A DNA stretch of 64,000 bases from Bacteroidales bacterium (GCA_045597465.1 JAZLKG010000008.1:15859-79858), one strand, 5' to 3'; shown: positions 8,728 through 20,115, numbered from the stretch's first letter. Notes: generated by a model not told the origin, from the sequence alone. Program-made: numbers and translations.

Positions 8728-10635
8728 TCATCCCCTCATCATCTCCCTCACCTTGTCGGCGATGGAGTCGCGGTCGTAGCCGCACAGCTTATAGAGGTCC
8801 TGGGGAGTGCCATGCTCTATGAAACGGTCTGGAATGCCCAGACGGCATATCCTTGGGGAGCAGCCGTGGTCGGCGCAGTATTCCAGCACGGCGCTGCCGA
8901 AACCGCCCTGGAGAGCATTGTCCTCCACGGTGATTATCTTATCGAATTTTTCAAGAATCTGGTCCATCATACCGGTATCCAGCGGCTTTATGTAGCGCAT
9001 GTCGTAATGCGCGGGATGCATGCCCTGCGCATTAAGCATCCTGATGGCCTGTTCCACCTCGTAGCCGATGGTACCGACTGACACAATGGCCACATCATCG
9101 CCATCGCATATCATGCGGCCCTTTCCAATATCCATCTTCTGGAACGGCAGCTGCCAGTTGCTGTTGTGCCCGTTGCCGCGCGGATAGCGGATGGCAATGG
9201 GGCCGTCGAGATACTGGGCGGTGTAGAGCATGTTCCTGAGCTCCACCTCGTCCATAGGCGCGGCCACTATCAGGTTGGGAATGTGGCGCAGATACGAAAT
9301 ATCGAAAGCGCCCTGATGCGTAGCGCCATCGGCACCCACTATGCCTGCCCTGTCGAGGCAAAGCACCACATGGAGGCGGGGCAGACACACATCGTGCACT
9401 ATCTGGTCGTAGGCGCGCTGCATGAATGTGGAATATATGTTGCAATAAGGCAGCAGTCCCTGCGCGGCCATTCCGGCCGAGAATGTAACGGCATGCTCCT
9501 CGGCTATGCCCACGTCATATACCCTCTCGGGGAATTTCTTGGCCATCATATTAAGCGAGCAGCCCGACAGCATGGCCGGCGACACACCCATTATGTTGGG
9601 ATTCCTTTCGGCAAGCTCGGTCACAGTAATTCCAAAAACGTCCTGATACTTTGGGCCCATTGGTTTGGCGTCGTGTGACGGCACTTTCTCGCCAGTCTCT
9701 ATGTCGAACGCGGTGCTTGTGGCATGCCATGCGGTCTGATTGTCCTCGGCAAACTTGTAGCCCTTGCCCTTGGTGGTAAGCACATGGAGCAGTTTAGGGC
9801 CCTGTATGTCCTTCATCTCGTTTATCACCTCGGCCAGGCGTATCACATCGTGGCCGTCCACGGGTCCGAAGTACCTGATGCCCAGCCCTTCGAAAAAGTT
9901 GCTGCGCTTCAGGACCACATGCTTGATGCCGCTCTCTATCTTGGATATGAAGTTGCGGGCCCTTGGCATCAGGGCCTCGAACTTGCCCAGAGTATCCCAG
10001 ACGTCCTTCTTCACACGGTTGTATGTCTTGGAAGTGGTGATATCGAGCAGGTAATCGTTGAGCGCGCCGCGGTTCTGGTCTATCGCTATGTGGTTGTCGT
10101 TCAGGATCACCAGCAGGTTGGATTTCTGGATGCCGGCATTGTTGAGCGCCTCGAAAGCCATTCCTCCCGTCATGGCGCCATCGCCTATCACAGATATCAC
10201 ATGCTGGCCCTGGTGCCCAAGCTGGGCCGCCGCCACAGCGAGACCCAGCGCCGAGGATATCGAAGTGCTGGCATGTCCGACTGTAAAGGCGTCGTAATCG
10301 CTCTCGTCCCTGTTAGGAAACGGACTTAGGCCGTGGAGAGTGCGCAGCGTCTCAAACATCTCCTTGCGCCCGGTAAGTATCTTGTGGGCATAGGCCTGAT
10401 GCCCCACATCAAACACAATCTGGTCGTATGGGGTGTTGTATACGTAATGGAGCGCCACTGTAAGCTCTATAACGCCCAGAGTGGCGGCAAAATGGCCCGG
10501 ATGCTGGCTGATAACCTCTATGACATATTGCCTCAACTCGTCACAGAATTGAGGCAGCTTATCCTTGGGAATCTTCTTGAGATCGTCGGGATAATTGACT
10601 TGGTCCAACAGAGGGTATTTTGTAGCCATATCCAT
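8728..10635 (-). CDS. dxs: 1-deoxy-D-xylulose-5-phosphate synthase
   Basis: 635 aa. N-terminus YPLLDQVNYPDDLKK, TPP-binding motif VIGDGAMTGGMAFEALNNAG, and transketolase-like C-terminal domains. An alternative start at 10629 is possible. Confidence 0.95.
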   Translation of the reverse strand: MDMATKYPLLDQVNYPDDLKKIPKDKLPQFCDELRQYVIEVISQHPGHFAATLGVIELTVALHYVYNTPYDQIVFDVGHQAYAHKILTGRKEMFETLRTLHGLSPFPNRDESDYDAFTVGHASTSISSALGLAVAAAQLGHQGQHVISVIGDGAMTGGMAFEALNNAGIQKSNLLVILNDNHIAIDQNRGALNDYLLDITTSKTYNRVKKDVWDTLGKFEALMPRARNFISKIESGIKHVVLKRSNFFEGLGIRYFGPVDGHDVIRLAEVINEMKDIQGPKLLHVLTTKGKGYKFAEDNQTAWHATSTAFDIETGEKVPSHDAKPMGPKYQDVFGITVTELAERNPNIMGVSPAMLSGCSLNMMAKKFPERVYDVGIAEEHAVTFSAGMAAQGLLPYCNIYSTFMQRAYDQIVHDVCLPRLHVVLCLDRAGIVGADGATHQGAFDISYLRHIPNLIVAAPMDEVELRNMLYTAQYLDGPIAIRYPRGNGHNSNWQLPFQKMDIGKGRMICDGDDVAIVSVGTIGYEVEQAIRMLNAQGMHPAHYDMRYIKPLDTGMMDQILEKFDKIITVEDNALQGGFGSAVLEYCADHGCSPRICRLGIPDRFIEHGTPQDLYKLCGYDRDSIADKVREMMRG

Positions 10636-10731
10636 TGTAAAAAAAATTTTTTGGAAAATCCTCGCAAATATACAAAATAATATGCAGAAATTTCCAAAAA
10701 AATATCATCTTTGTTGTCCAAAACTAATGCG

Positions 10732-11712
10732 ATGAGAGAGTTTTCACTGATAATCAAGAAAATCACCTGGCGAAAAATCTGGAATCTTGCCGTCAGGAAT
10801 ATAGGAATGCTGCTGAGCCGCATATCAGGGCGGTATGTAAACATAGGCATGCCGTGGTCGTACTCGATAGAGCCTTGCGATATCTGCAACCTGAAATGCA
10901 GGGCCTGTCCGTCGGGCCTTGGCGAACTGCGCAGGCGGCGCGGACGCATACAGATGGACGACTTCATGAAGGCTGTGGACGAGATAGCGCCATACGCCAT
11001 CAATCTGTTCATATATTTCCAGGGCGAGCCCACCCTGCACGGCGATTTTGCCCGCATGGCCCGATACGCCAGCCAGAAGGGCATCCACACCGCCACATCC
11101 ACCAATGCCCATTACATAGACGGGGCCATGGCCGAGGATATCGTAAAATCCGGACTGGGCAAGATGATAGTCTCGCTGGACGGCTACAATCAGGAAACCT
11201 ACTCCGCCTACCGCGCCGGCGGCAGCTACGATACAGTGATACAGGGCATCAGGAACCTGGCCAACGCCAAGAAACGCCTGGGCATCAGCACCCCGGTGAT
11301 AGAGGTGCAGACCCTGGTGACCAGGATCAACGAGGACGGGCTGCAGAGAATGAGGGACATAGCCTTGGAAGCCGGCGCCGACTCCCACTACCTGAAAACC
11401 ATGCAGATAGAGAACGAGGAGGATTTCGCCACATTCAAGACATCCATAGACAAGTATTCGAGATACGACAGCCAAAACCGGCTGAAGCGCCCCGTGGGAT
11501 TCTGCTCCAGGATAATGAACTCGGCAGTGATAACCATAGACATGGATGTATTGCCATGCTGCTACGACAAGGATGCGGAGCTGAAGCTTGGCAACCTGAG
11601 AGAGCATCAGCTGAGAGATATCATAAAATCTGACAAGGCATACGGGATAATAAACGGCATAGAGCGCAGCCGCGACAAGAGGCCGCCAATGTGCCTAAAC
11701 TGCGGAGGATAA
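10732..11712 (+). CDS. radical SAM protein with a C-terminal SPASM-like Cys cluster
   Basis: CX3CX2C motif CNLKCRAC within IEPCDICNLKCRACPSG. C-terminal Cys-rich region (VLPCCYDKD ... PPMCLNCGG). ATG at 10732 preferred over the TTG at 10711. Confidence 0.8.
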   Translation: MREFSLIIKKITWRKIWNLAVRNIGMLLSRISGRYVNIGMPWSYSIEPCDICNLKCRACPSGLGELRRRRGRIQMDDFMKAVDEIAPYAINLFIYFQGEPTLHGDFARMARYASQKGIHTATSTNAHYIDGAMAEDIVKSGLGKMIVSLDGYNQETYSAYRAGGSYDTVIQGIRNLANAKKRLGISTPVIEVQTLVTRINEDGLQRMRDIALEAGADSHYLKTMQIENEEDFATFKTSIDKYSRYDSQNRLKRPVGFCSRIMNSAVITIDMDVLPCCYDKDAELKLGNLREHQLRDIIKSDKAYGIINGIERSRDKRPPMCLNCGG

Positions 11713-11716
11713 GCCC

Positions 11717-12655
11717 ATGGACAGGATTGCAGTGCTGATACCGTGCCTCAACGAGGAGGCCACAATAGCCAGGGTGGTGGAAGATTTCAGGACACAGCTG
11801 CCCGAGGCCAGCATATATGTGTATGACAACAACAGCACCGACCGCACAGCCGAGGCGGCAAGGCAGGCCGGCGCCATAGTGAGGACCGAGCCGCGCAGGG
11901 GCAAGGGCAACGTGGTGCGCACGATGCTCATGGATATCGACGCCATGTGCTACATTATAGTGGACGGCGACGACACCTACCCCGCCGAGAGCGCCCGGGA
12001 GATGGCCAGTGCTGTACTGGACTGCAACTGCGACATGGCCATAGGCGACAGGCTGACAGGCCGCGACTATTTCAACCAAAACCGGCGCCCATTCCACGGA
12101 TTCGGCAACAAACTGGTATGCAGGCTGATAAACACAGTATACCACGGCGACATACGCGACATAATGACCGGATACAGGGCCATCGGATACGCTTTCGCTA
12201 AATCGTTCCCGGTGCTCAGCCAGGGGTTCGAGATAGAGACCGAGATGAGCATACACTGTCTGGACCGCAACCTGCTCTACAGGAATTTTCCCATAAGCTA
12301 CCGCAACCGACCCGAGGGCAGCGTGTCCAAGCTGCGCACCTACGACAACGGCCTGCAGGTGCTGTACACTATATTTACGCTGTACCGTACCTACAAGCCG
12401 CTGAGGTTTTTCCTATGGTGCTCGGCCATATCGCTGATAATATCGCTGACTTTCCTGTTTCCAGTGATGGCGGAGTTCATGGAGACCAACACCACACAGA
12501 AACTGCCAAGTTTCATAGCATGCGTGTTTTTCGCCATATTCTCGATACTGTCGTTTTTCCAGGGCCTCAGCCTCGACACCATCAATCAGAAGGAGCGCCG
12601 CGATTTCGAGATCCTGTACGGCAGCTGCCGCGAGAGGGCTAAAAATGCCTGCTGA
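11717..12655 (+). CDS. family 2 glycosyltransferase with C-terminal TM helices
   Basis: IAVLIPCLNEE, YVYDNNSTDRT and the DXD motif IIVDGDDTYP. Two C-terminal hydrophobic helices. Starts 4 nt after the radical SAM stop. Confidence 0.8.
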   Translation: MDRIAVLIPCLNEEATIARVVEDFRTQLPEASIYVYDNNSTDRTAEAARQAGAIVRTEPRRGKGNVVRTMLMDIDAMCYIIVDGDDTYPAESAREMASAVLDCNCDMAIGDRLTGRDYFNQNRRPFHGFGNKLVCRLINTVYHGDIRDIMTGYRAIGYAFAKSFPVLSQGFEIETEMSIHCLDRNLLYRNFPISYRNRPEGSVSKLRTYDNGLQVLYTIFTLYRTYKPLRFFLWCSAISLIISLTFLFPVMAEFMETNTTQKLPSFIACVFFAIFSILSFFQGLSLDTINQKERRDFEILYGSCRERAKNAC

Positions 12656-13682
12656 TGAGGTGATGCCTCTTCATCTCGGCCTCAACATCGTTCACATGCC
12701 GCAGCATGCGCTTGCCGGCATTGTCGCCAAACTCGTTGAAAAGCCTCATGCAGTACTGGCGGCTTACATCGAAAATCTCGAGCGCATAGTATATCTGGGC
12801 CAGATTGTACACCATGTCGGCCTTGGCGTTTTTCTGTTTCTTGTCGGCGGTGGAGAGCGACTCCTCTATCTCCTTGAAATGGTTGATCCATGGCTGCATG
12901 TCCTTGATAGTCTGAGACAGGTCGCCATCCAGTTTTATGCCGCCTATTATGCGCTTGATCTCGGCCTTGGCCTGCTGATGCTTGGCATAATACTGGCTCT
13001 TCTTGCTGTCGAACAGGCATATCTTGATATCCGACTGGGTTGAGTGATAGCGGAATGCATTGTCGATGTCTTCCTGCATCTTGTCGGTAAGCGAGAATAT
13101 CTCGTCCCTGAGAATCTGCTCCACAAACGCGTCCCTGTTCTCCTTCAGGAACTCATGACATTCATGGTGGCTGCTGAAACGCCTGTCTGCTATCACGAAG
13201 GTAAGCACAGGAGCGCGTCTGAGCTCAGTATCGTAATTGTCGAACTGGTAACGGTACTCTCCATCAACGCTCAGCGATGAGGTCAGGCGTATGGAGTAAT
13301 CTATGTGGGGCACATAGAATTTCTCCAGCACCTCCTCGCCATGGCGGCGCACCTTCTCCGGGACCTCCTCCTCGTGCATGCCCTCTATGATGAAATCGGT
13401 GGCCGATATGTTTACCTGCACCGGCACATCCTTGTTTTTGCGGTCTTCCTGCCAGCCGTCACCTATCTGCAGACGGTCACACACATCGGAGTACCTTATG
13501 AAATCCGACACCACTATCGATGAGTTGAAGTTTACATGGAACACGCGGTCCGATTCTGGCACATAGAATGTGGGCAGGTATCTCACGGGGAAAAAGATAT
13601 GAATCTTGTCGGTGCCGTACTGGGCCACAGCCGACACACACATCAGCATCATAAATGCGAGTATTGGAATAATTCTTTTCAT
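12639..13682 (-). CDS. hypothetical exported protein
   Basis: 347 aa with signal peptide MKRIIPILAFMMLMCVSAVAQ. No motif recognised. Its 3' end overlaps the convergent GT2 gene by 17 nt. Confidence 0.55.
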   Translation of the reverse strand: MKRIIPILAFMMLMCVSAVAQYGTDKIHIFFPVRYLPTFYVPESDRVFHVNFNSSIVVSDFIRYSDVCDRLQIGDGWQEDRKNKDVPVQVNISATDFIIEGMHEEEVPEKVRRHGEEVLEKFYVPHIDYSIRLTSSLSVDGEYRYQFDNYDTELRRAPVLTFVIADRRFSSHHECHEFLKENRDAFVEQILRDEIFSLTDKMQEDIDNAFRYHSTQSDIKICLFDSKKSQYYAKHQQAKAEIKRIIGGIKLDGDLSQTIKDMQPWINHFKEIEESLSTADKKQKNAKADMVYNLAQIYYALEIFDVSRQYCMRLFNEFGDNAGKRMLRHVNDVEAEMKRHHLISRHF

Positions 13683-13705
13683 ATATGTTGTTGTTTACGG
13701 GATTA

Positions 13706-13750
13706 AACAAAAAAATGTTGTCCTGGCCCATGTGGCCCGGGACAACATTT
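13706..13750 (-). terminator. intrinsic terminator after accD
   Basis: On the minus strand, aatgttgtcc...ggacaacatt forms a 10-bp stem with a GC-rich interior, followed by tttttttg. Confidence 0.65.
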
Positions 13751-13770
13751 GATATTGAGTTTTCAGATAA

Positions 13771-14616
13771 TTACATCATCATATTGAGCAATCTGGCCAG
13801 AGTATGCTTCAGCTCCTTGCGGTTTACTATGTAATCGAGGAAACCATGCTCGAGCAGGAATTCCGAACTCTGGAAACCTTCAGGGAGGTCCTTGCCGGTA
13901 AACTCCCTGATAACACGCGGACCGGCGAAACCGATGAGGGCGTTAGGCTCGGCCATGTTGATATCTCCGAGCATGGCAAACGATGCCGACACTCCTCCGG
14001 TTGTGGGGTTGGTGAGCACACAGATATATGGAAGTCTGGCATCGCTAAGCTGAGTAAGCTTGGCAGAGGTCTTGGCCATCTGCATCAGCGAGAAAGCGCC
14101 CTCCATCATTCTGGCGCCGCCCGATCTGGTAATCATCACCAGCGCACACTTGTTTTGGATGCAGTAGTCTACACTGCGGGCTATCTTCTCTCCCACCACG
14201 GAACCCATGCTGCCGCCCACAAACTCGAAGTTCATGCAGTCAACAACAACCTTGCGGCCCTCTATGTTGCCCGATGCCACCGATATGGCGTCCTTCAGTT
14301 TAGTCTGTTTCTCTACAGCGGCTATGCGGTCGGTGTATTTCTTGCGGTCCACGAAACTGAGAGGGTCGCCGCTGTGCAGCGATGCGAAGAGCTCCTCGTA
14401 GACACCCCCGTCGAACAGTATCTCGAAATACTCCGAAGTGGAGATTCTCTCGTGGTATCCGCACTTGGGGCATACACCCATATTCGCCTTGAGGTCGTCG
14501 GTGGTGTTCAGTATCTCCTTGCACTCGGGACACTTGTACCACATGCCGTCCTTTATCTCTTTCTTGTCTTTAGTCTCGGTAATAATACCTTGTTGCGATC
14601 TGTTAAACCAGCCCAT
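13771..14616 (-). CDS. accD: acetyl-CoA carboxylase carboxyltransferase beta subunit
   Basis: N-terminal zinc ribbon CPECKEILNTTDDLKANMGVCPKCGYH, followed by a carboxyltransferase domain (GGSMGSVVGEKI, GGARMMEG). Confidence 0.95.
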   Translation of the reverse strand: MGWFNRSQQGIITETKDKKEIKDGMWYKCPECKEILNTTDDLKANMGVCPKCGYHERISTSEYFEILFDGGVYEELFASLHSGDPLSFVDRKKYTDRIAAVEKQTKLKDAISVASGNIEGRKVVVDCMNFEFVGGSMGSVVGEKIARSVDYCIQNKCALVMITRSGGARMMEGAFSLMQMAKTSAKLTQLSDARLPYICVLTNPTTGGVSASFAMLGDINMAEPNALIGFAGPRVIREFTGKDLPEGFQSSEFLLEHGFLDYIVNRKELKHTLARLLNMMM

Positions 14617-14765
14617 ATTATAATGTTTGCGATTAGTTTAATGCTGAGGCCTTGGCAGAATTCCGTTCCGCACCATTGCCATTGCAGCGCAAAGTTAGTA
14701 ATAATTTTTGATATTAGAAATATCTTGCCATACATATATTTTTCATAAAGCATGCCGGCAATCCG

Positions 14766-15713
14766 CTATCTTATCACGAGTCTCTGACCTATGCGGAGTA
14801 TCGTGGTGGCGGTGATATGGTTCAGCCTGCATATAGAGCCCACTGTGGTGCCGTGTCTCCTGGCAATGGCGCCCAGAGTGTCGCCCGATTTCACCACATG
14901 GATAACTGTGCCCGTGGCGGCCACAGACTCCTTCTCGGTCTGGCCGTAGTGGGAATATATGTTGAAATAGTGCTTCTTGAGAGTAAACAGGGTGTCGCGC
15001 AGCTGTCCGTTGGCGAAATCGAAAATGCGCTCGGCATCGAAAGCCTTGCCCATGTACCTTACCTCGAAATGGAGGTGAGGGCCGGTGCTGCGTCCGGTGT
15101 TGCCTCCCAGACCTATGGTCTCGCCGGCCTTCACCAGGTCGCCCTCCTGCACAAGATGCTTGCTGAGGTGGGCATAATATGTCTCAAGGCCGTTGGCATG
15201 GCGCACCACTATCAGGTTGCCGTAGCCACCAGTCTCCCGCACTGTGCGCACAACACGCACCTTGCCATCGAATGCGGCATATATAGGGTCGCCAATGTTG
15301 AGCGGAATATCAGAACCCTTGTGCTCGCGGTAACGGCGGAATTTCCATCCCGATATTACGGCGCCAACCTTGGGACAGGCCCATCCGTGGGTGCTGTCGG
15401 CCAGCATCAGGTCCACCGAATCGGGCAGCGACGCAATGGTTACGTCCTGATACGCATGTATGTTGTCGGTATCCCATCCATCCTGGAAATCCTCGTCGGA
15501 TATGTTTGGACGGTCCAGCTCAATGTATTGCCATGTGAAGTTTTTGTAAAGCACTATCTTGGTGTACTTGTCGCGGGTGTCGATGGTGTCGATGGCCTCG
15601 GCATTGCTTTCCACCTTCTCGAGCTCGGCGCTGCTGATAATGGTATCGCTGTCCTGCGCCTGCGACGCCAGCGAGACTGCCATAGCTGCCAATATCATCA
15701 ATAATTTTCTCAC
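14766..15713 (-). CDS. M23 family metallopeptidase with a C-terminal LysM domain
   Basis: Signal peptide. M23 motifs HKGSDI and GPHLHFEVRY. C-terminal LysM HVVKSGDTLGAIARRHGTTVGSICRLNHI. GTG start at 15713. Confidence 0.85.
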   Translation of the reverse strand: MRKLLMILAAMAVSLASQAQDSDTIISSAELEKVESNAEAIDTIDTRDKYTKIVLYKNFTWQYIELDRPNISDEDFQDGWDTDNIHAYQDVTIASLPDSVDLMLADSTHGWACPKVGAVISGWKFRRYREHKGSDIPLNIGDPIYAAFDGKVRVVRTVRETGGYGNLIVVRHANGLETYYAHLSKHLVQEGDLVKAGETIGLGGNTGRSTGPHLHFEVRYMGKAFDAERIFDFANGQLRDTLFTLKKHYFNIYSHYGQTEKESVAATGTVIHVVKSGDTLGAIARRHGTTVGSICRLNHITATTILRIGQRLVIR

Positions 15714-15749
15714 TTCCTGATATCTTTTGAATAAAAAGGTTAATATAAA

Positions 15750-15803
15750 TAGTCAGAAAAAAAAGAAAATGAACAAGGCAGTCCGGAAAATCCGGACTAC
15801 CTT
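15750..15803 (-). terminator. intrinsic terminator after infB
   Basis: Minus strand aaggtagtccgg-atttt-ccggactgcctt gives a 12-bp stem with one G-U pair, followed by a T-rich run. Confidence 0.65.
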
Positions 15804-15843
15804 ATTCATTTTCCCTTATAGAATATATATCTGCAACATCGTG

Positions 15844-18810
15844 TTAGTCGCGGTTGAGTTTTTTCTTAATCTCCTTCTCCTCGAATGCCTCCACGATATC
15901 GCCTTCCTGAATGTCGTTGTACTTGTCGATATTGAGACCGCACTCCATACCAGCGTTCACCTCCTTGGCATCGTCCTTGAAGTGCTTGAGGGAGCCAAGC
16001 TCGCCAGTAAACACAACGATACCGTCGCGGATAACGCGTACCTTGTTGGTGCGCATGATCTTGCCCTCGGTAACGAAACATCCGGCAATATTTCCCACCT
16101 TGGCAATGCGGAACACACTGCGGATCTCGGCAGTACCGCAGAACTCCTCCTTGGTCTCGCTGCCCAGCATACCCTCCATGGCATCCTGGATATCGTCGAT
16201 GGCGTCGTAGATGATGGAATAAGTCTTGATATCGATCTGCTCCTTCTCGGCCAGCTTCTTGGCAGCGCCGGAAGGACGAACCTGGAATCCGATGATGATG
16301 GCATTGGCAGCCGACGCCATGAGCACATCGCTCTCTGAAATCTGGCCCACGCCCTTGGATATAACCTTAACCTCGATCTCCTCGGTAGAGAGACGCTCCA
16401 ACGAATCCTGGAGAGCCTCTATAGAACCCTGCACATCACCCTTGATGATGAGGTTGAGCTCCTGGAAGTTTCCGATTGCTATACGACGGCCAATCTCGTC
16501 GAGGGTAACGTGCTTTGTGGTGCGCACGCCAATCTCGCGCTCTATCTGCTGGCGCTGGAGAGCCTTCTCACGGGCAGAACGCTCGTCGGGCATCACCTTG
16601 AACTTGTCGCCGGCCACAGGGGCACCGTCGAGACCCAGGATAACACATGGCTCGCCTGGACGCGCCTCGTTGATCTTCTTGTTGCGCTCGTTGAACATGG
16701 CCTTCACCTTTCCAGAGTGTCCGCCTGCCCATATCACGTCGCCCACCTTCAGTGTGCCGCCGTCCACAAGCACTGTGGATACATATCCACGGCCCTTGTC
16801 GAGAGCCGACTCTATCACCGAACCGGTAGCTGGCTTGTTGAAGTTGGCCTTGAGGTCCAGCATCTCGGCCTCCAGAAGAATGCGCTCCAAGAGCAGGTCC
16901 ACATTCAGACCCTTCTTGGCTGATATGTCGATAGAACCGTACTTGCCGCCCCAGTCCTCCACCAGGAGGTTGCGCTCCGAGAGCGCGAGCTTTATCTTCT
17001 CGGGATCGGCACCCGGCTTGTCAATCTTGTTGATGGCGAAAATGATAGGCACACCCGCAGCCTGAGCGTGCGAGATAGCCTCCTCTGTCTGAGGCATTAT
17101 GCTGTCGTCGGCGGCTATCACGATTACCGCGATATCAGTAATCTTGGCGCCACGGGCACGCATGGCTGTAAAAGCCTCGTGGCCAGGGGTATCCAGGAAT
17201 GTGATATGCTTGCCGTCGGAGAGCGTTACATTGTAGGCTCCAATATGCTGTGTGATACCACCGGCCTCGCCGGCTATCACATTGGTCTTGCGTATATAGT
17301 CGAGGAGCGAAGTCTTGCCATGGTCCACATGACCCATAACGGTAACTATCGGAGAGCGAGGCTCGAGATTCTCCTCGTCGTCCTTCTCCTCTTCCTGCTC
17401 CTCGTTTTCCTCGGCATTTATGAACTGGACATCGAAACCGAACTCCGGAGCCACGAGAGTTATTATCTCGGCATCCAGGCGCTGGTTTATCGATATCATT
17501 GTGCCCAGGTCGAAACATGTTGCGATAATCTGGTTTACAGGCACATCCATGAGGGTAGCAAGCTCGTTGGCCGAAAGGAACTCGGTAACCTTGAGGATCT
17601 TTTTCTCCTGCTCGGCCATGGCAGCCTGCTCGGCCTCCTTGTTGCGGTAGTCCTCACGCTTGTCGCGGCGGTGCTTGGAAGTCTTCGACTTGCCCTTGGA
17701 ACCGGTAAGGCGGGCCAGGGTGTCCTTCACCTGCTTTGCCACATCCTCCTCGTTCACCTCCTGCACCTGCTGGCGCTTGTCGCGGTCCTTTCTCTTGAAC
17801 TTGTCGCCATTCTGGCCGCCATTTCCGCCCTGCTGTCCGTTGGCATTCTTGTTGCCACCCTTGGCAGCATCGCCGGATTTCTTGCCATCCTTGCGGTCCT
17901 TGTCCTTATCCTTGCGGTTGCCCTTCTTGTCGCCACCCTTAGAGCCGGCCATCTCGGCGGGATTGCTGATATCCACGCGCTCCTTGCCTATGCGGTTGCG
18001 CTTTTTCTTGCGGCTGCTCTTTCCGGATTTCTTGCCCTCGTCGCCAAGGTCTATCTTGCCGAGTATGGTTGGACCGGTAAGCTGTACAGATCCTGGACGG
18101 AAAACCTCCTCCTCCGACGATCTCTGGGACTGAGGCTCGTCAGGAACCTGGTAATTGTGCACAGGAGCCTCGTTTTCCACAGGAGCGGCGTCTGCCGGCC
18201 TGCGCTGAGGCTGCTGGGCCTGATTCTGCTGCTGTTGCTGGGGCCTTGGCTGCTGATTGCCGCCATCGCGCCGGGAATTGCGGTCCCTGTCGCTCTTCTT
18301 GTCGGGGCGTGTCTTGGTATTGATGCTGCTGAGGTCTATCTTGCCAAGCACTTTGGGGATGTTTGGCTCCGAAGACTGAGGCGCACCCTTCTTGGAGCGG
18401 TCCTGCTGCTGAGGCTGCTGACCCCCCTTCTGCTGAGACTTGTTGCCGCCGTTGCCGGACTTGTTTCTGTTCTGGTCCAGATCTATCTTGCCTAACACTT
18501 TAACTTCCTTCTTTTCTACGGGAGCTTGATTAGTGTTGTTTGATGCCTTTGTGGCATTAGCCTTGTTGTCGGCAGATATAGCCTTCTTGCGTTCCTTCTC
18601 TATCTCAGCCTGCTTCTCGCTCTGCTTTTTGGCCATGATGTCAGAGCTGAACTCCTTTACGAGCAGGTCGTACTGCTTGCCGTCTATCCTCTGATTGGGG
18701 TCGTTGCTCAACGACCCTCCCTTCTTGTTGAGGAATTCGACAATAGTAGACACGCCCACGTTGAGCTCTTTGGCCACTTTGTTTAATCTTGTTTCTCTAT
18801 TATCACCCAT
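15844..18810 (-). CDS. infB: translation initiation factor IF-2
   Basis: 988 aa. Low-complexity K/Q/G/R-rich N-terminal region, G-domain [20 protein letters not shown] and NKID. Confidence 0.97.
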   Translation of the reverse strand: MGDNRETRLNKVAKELNVGVSTIVEFLNKKGGSLSNDPNQRIDGKQYDLLVKEFSSDIMAKKQSEKQAEIEKERKKAISADNKANATKASNNTNQAPVEKKEVKVLGKIDLDQNRNKSGNGGNKSQQKGGQQPQQQDRSKKGAPQSSEPNIPKVLGKIDLSSINTKTRPDKKSDRDRNSRRDGGNQQPRPQQQQQNQAQQPQRRPADAAPVENEAPVHNYQVPDEPQSQRSSEEEVFRPGSVQLTGPTILGKIDLGDEGKKSGKSSRKKKRNRIGKERVDISNPAEMAGSKGGDKKGNRKDKDKDRKDGKKSGDAAKGGNKNANGQQGGNGGQNGDKFKRKDRDKRQQVQEVNEEDVAKQVKDTLARLTGSKGKSKTSKHRRDKREDYRNKEAEQAAMAEQEKKILKVTEFLSANELATLMDVPVNQIIATCFDLGTMISINQRLDAEIITLVAPEFGFDVQFINAEENEEQEEEKDDEENLEPRSPIVTVMGHVDHGKTSLLDYIRKTNVIAGEAGGITQHIGAYNVTLSDGKHITFLDTPGHEAFTAMRARGAKITDIAVIVIAADDSIMPQTEEAISHAQAAGVPIIFAINKIDKPGADPEKIKLALSERNLLVEDWGGKYGSIDISAKKGLNVDLLLERILLEAEMLDLKANFNKPATGSVIESALDKGRGYVSTVLVDGGTLKVGDVIWAGGHSGKVKAMFNERNKKINEARPGEPCVILGLDGAPVAGDKFKVMPDERSAREKALQRQQIEREIGVRTTKHVTLDEIGRRIAIGNFQELNLIIKGDVQGSIEALQDSLERLSTEEIEVKVISKGVGQISESDVLMASAANAIIIGFQVRPSGAAKKLAEKEQIDIKTYSIIYDAIDDIQDAMEGMLGSETKEEFCGTAEIRSVFRIAKVGNIAGCFVTEGKIMRTNKVRVIRDGIVVFTGELGSLKHFKDDAKEVNAGMECGLNIDKYNDIQEGDIVEAFEEKEIKKKLNRD

Positions 18811-18858
18811 ATAAGGAAATTAAAGTTTTCGGCGTTAAAAAAAATATATAATTAAATC

Positions 18859-20097
18859 TTATTCAAACTCTTCTCTGAAGATATTGAGAACATAGTCGAT
18901 GGTCTCTTCCTCCAGGTCGGTACGTCTCACGAGTTCCTCCCTTGACAACTTGAGAACATCCTTTGCAGTGTCGCAACCTATGCCCTTGAGTGCGTCAATG
19001 ATCCATGGCTCGATCTCGTCGGCAAACTCGGTGAGTGCCACGTCGTCCTCCACGCCCTCCTCGATATCTCTGAACACCTCGATATCGTATCCAGTGAGCT
19101 GGCCTGCGAGCTTTATGTTTGATCCGTTTTTGCCGATGGCCTTAGATACCTCCTCGGGATCCAGGTAAACCTCGGCCTTGCGCTCTGCCTCATCCACCTT
19201 TATGTCGTTTATGTGGGCGGGGCTCAGGGTGCGCTCTATGAACAAGCGGCTGTTGTTGCTGTAGTTTATCACGTCGATATTCTCGTTGCGCAGCTCGCGC
19301 ACGATGCCGTGGATACGGGAACCCTTCATGCCCACGCATGCTCCTACAGGATCTACTCTGTCGTCGTAGCTCTCCACTGCCACCTTGGCCCTCTCGCCTG
19401 GTATGCGGACGATCTTCTTTATGGTGATGAGTCCGTCGAGGATCTCTGGCACCTCCAGCTCGAAGAGTCTCTCCAGGAATACAGGGGATGTTCTCGATAT
19501 TGTGATGCTTGGCGATCCGTTGCGCATCTCCACGCTGCTGATAACGGCCCTCAGGGCGTCACCCTTGTGGAAGAAGTCGCTTGGAATCTGCTCCAGCTTT
19601 GGCAATACAAGCTCGTTGCCCTCTTCGTCGTGGATAAGGATCTCTTTTTTCCAAACCTGATATACCTCGCCCACCACGATCTCGCCAATCTTGTTCTTGT
19701 ATTTCTCGTAGAGTTTCTCCTTCTCCAGCTCCAGGATCTTTCCTGTAAGGTTTTGACGGAGAGTAAGAATGGCACGGCGGCCAAAGTCCTGGAACTTCAC
19801 CTCGTCGGTAACCTCCTCGTCGATCTCGAAATCGGGGTTCTTGGCCTTGGCGTCGGAGAGAGAGATCTCCAGGTTGGGGTCCTGTACATCACCGTCCTCC
19901 ACTACCACGCGGTTTTTCCATATCTCGAGGTCGCCCTTGTCGATGTTTATAATTATGTCGAAATTCTGGTCGGTACCAAAAGTCTTAGCGAGCACGTTTC
20001 TGAAAACGTCCTCTATCACGCGCATCATTGTGGCGCGGTCGATATTTTTTTGCTCCTTGAACTCGGCAAATGAATCTATCAGATTAGTTATTTCCAT
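18859..20097 (-). CDS. nusA: transcription termination/antitermination factor NusA
   Basis: 412 aa with N-terminal, S1 and KH1/KH2 domain order (GACVGMKGSRI). Sits between rimP and infB as in the canonical operon. Confidence 0.95.
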   Translation of the reverse strand: MEITNLIDSFAEFKEQKNIDRATMMRVIEDVFRNVLAKTFGTDQNFDIIINIDKGDLEIWKNRVVVEDGDVQDPNLEISLSDAKAKNPDFEIDEEVTDEVKFQDFGRRAILTLRQNLTGKILELEKEKLYEKYKNKIGEIVVGEVYQVWKKEILIHDEEGNELVLPKLEQIPSDFFHKGDALRAVISSVEMRNGSPSITISRTSPVFLERLFELEVPEILDGLITIKKIVRIPGERAKVAVESYDDRVDPVGACVGMKGSRIHGIVRELRNENIDVINYSNNSRLFIERTLSPAHINDIKVDEAERKAEVYLDPEEVSKAIGKNGSNIKLAGQLTGYDIEVFRDIEEGVEDDVALTEFADEIEPWIIDALKGIGCDTAKDVLKLSREELVRRTDLEEETIDYVLNIFREEFE

Positions 20098-20115
20098 ATT
20101 TCCGCCTAAAAAATT

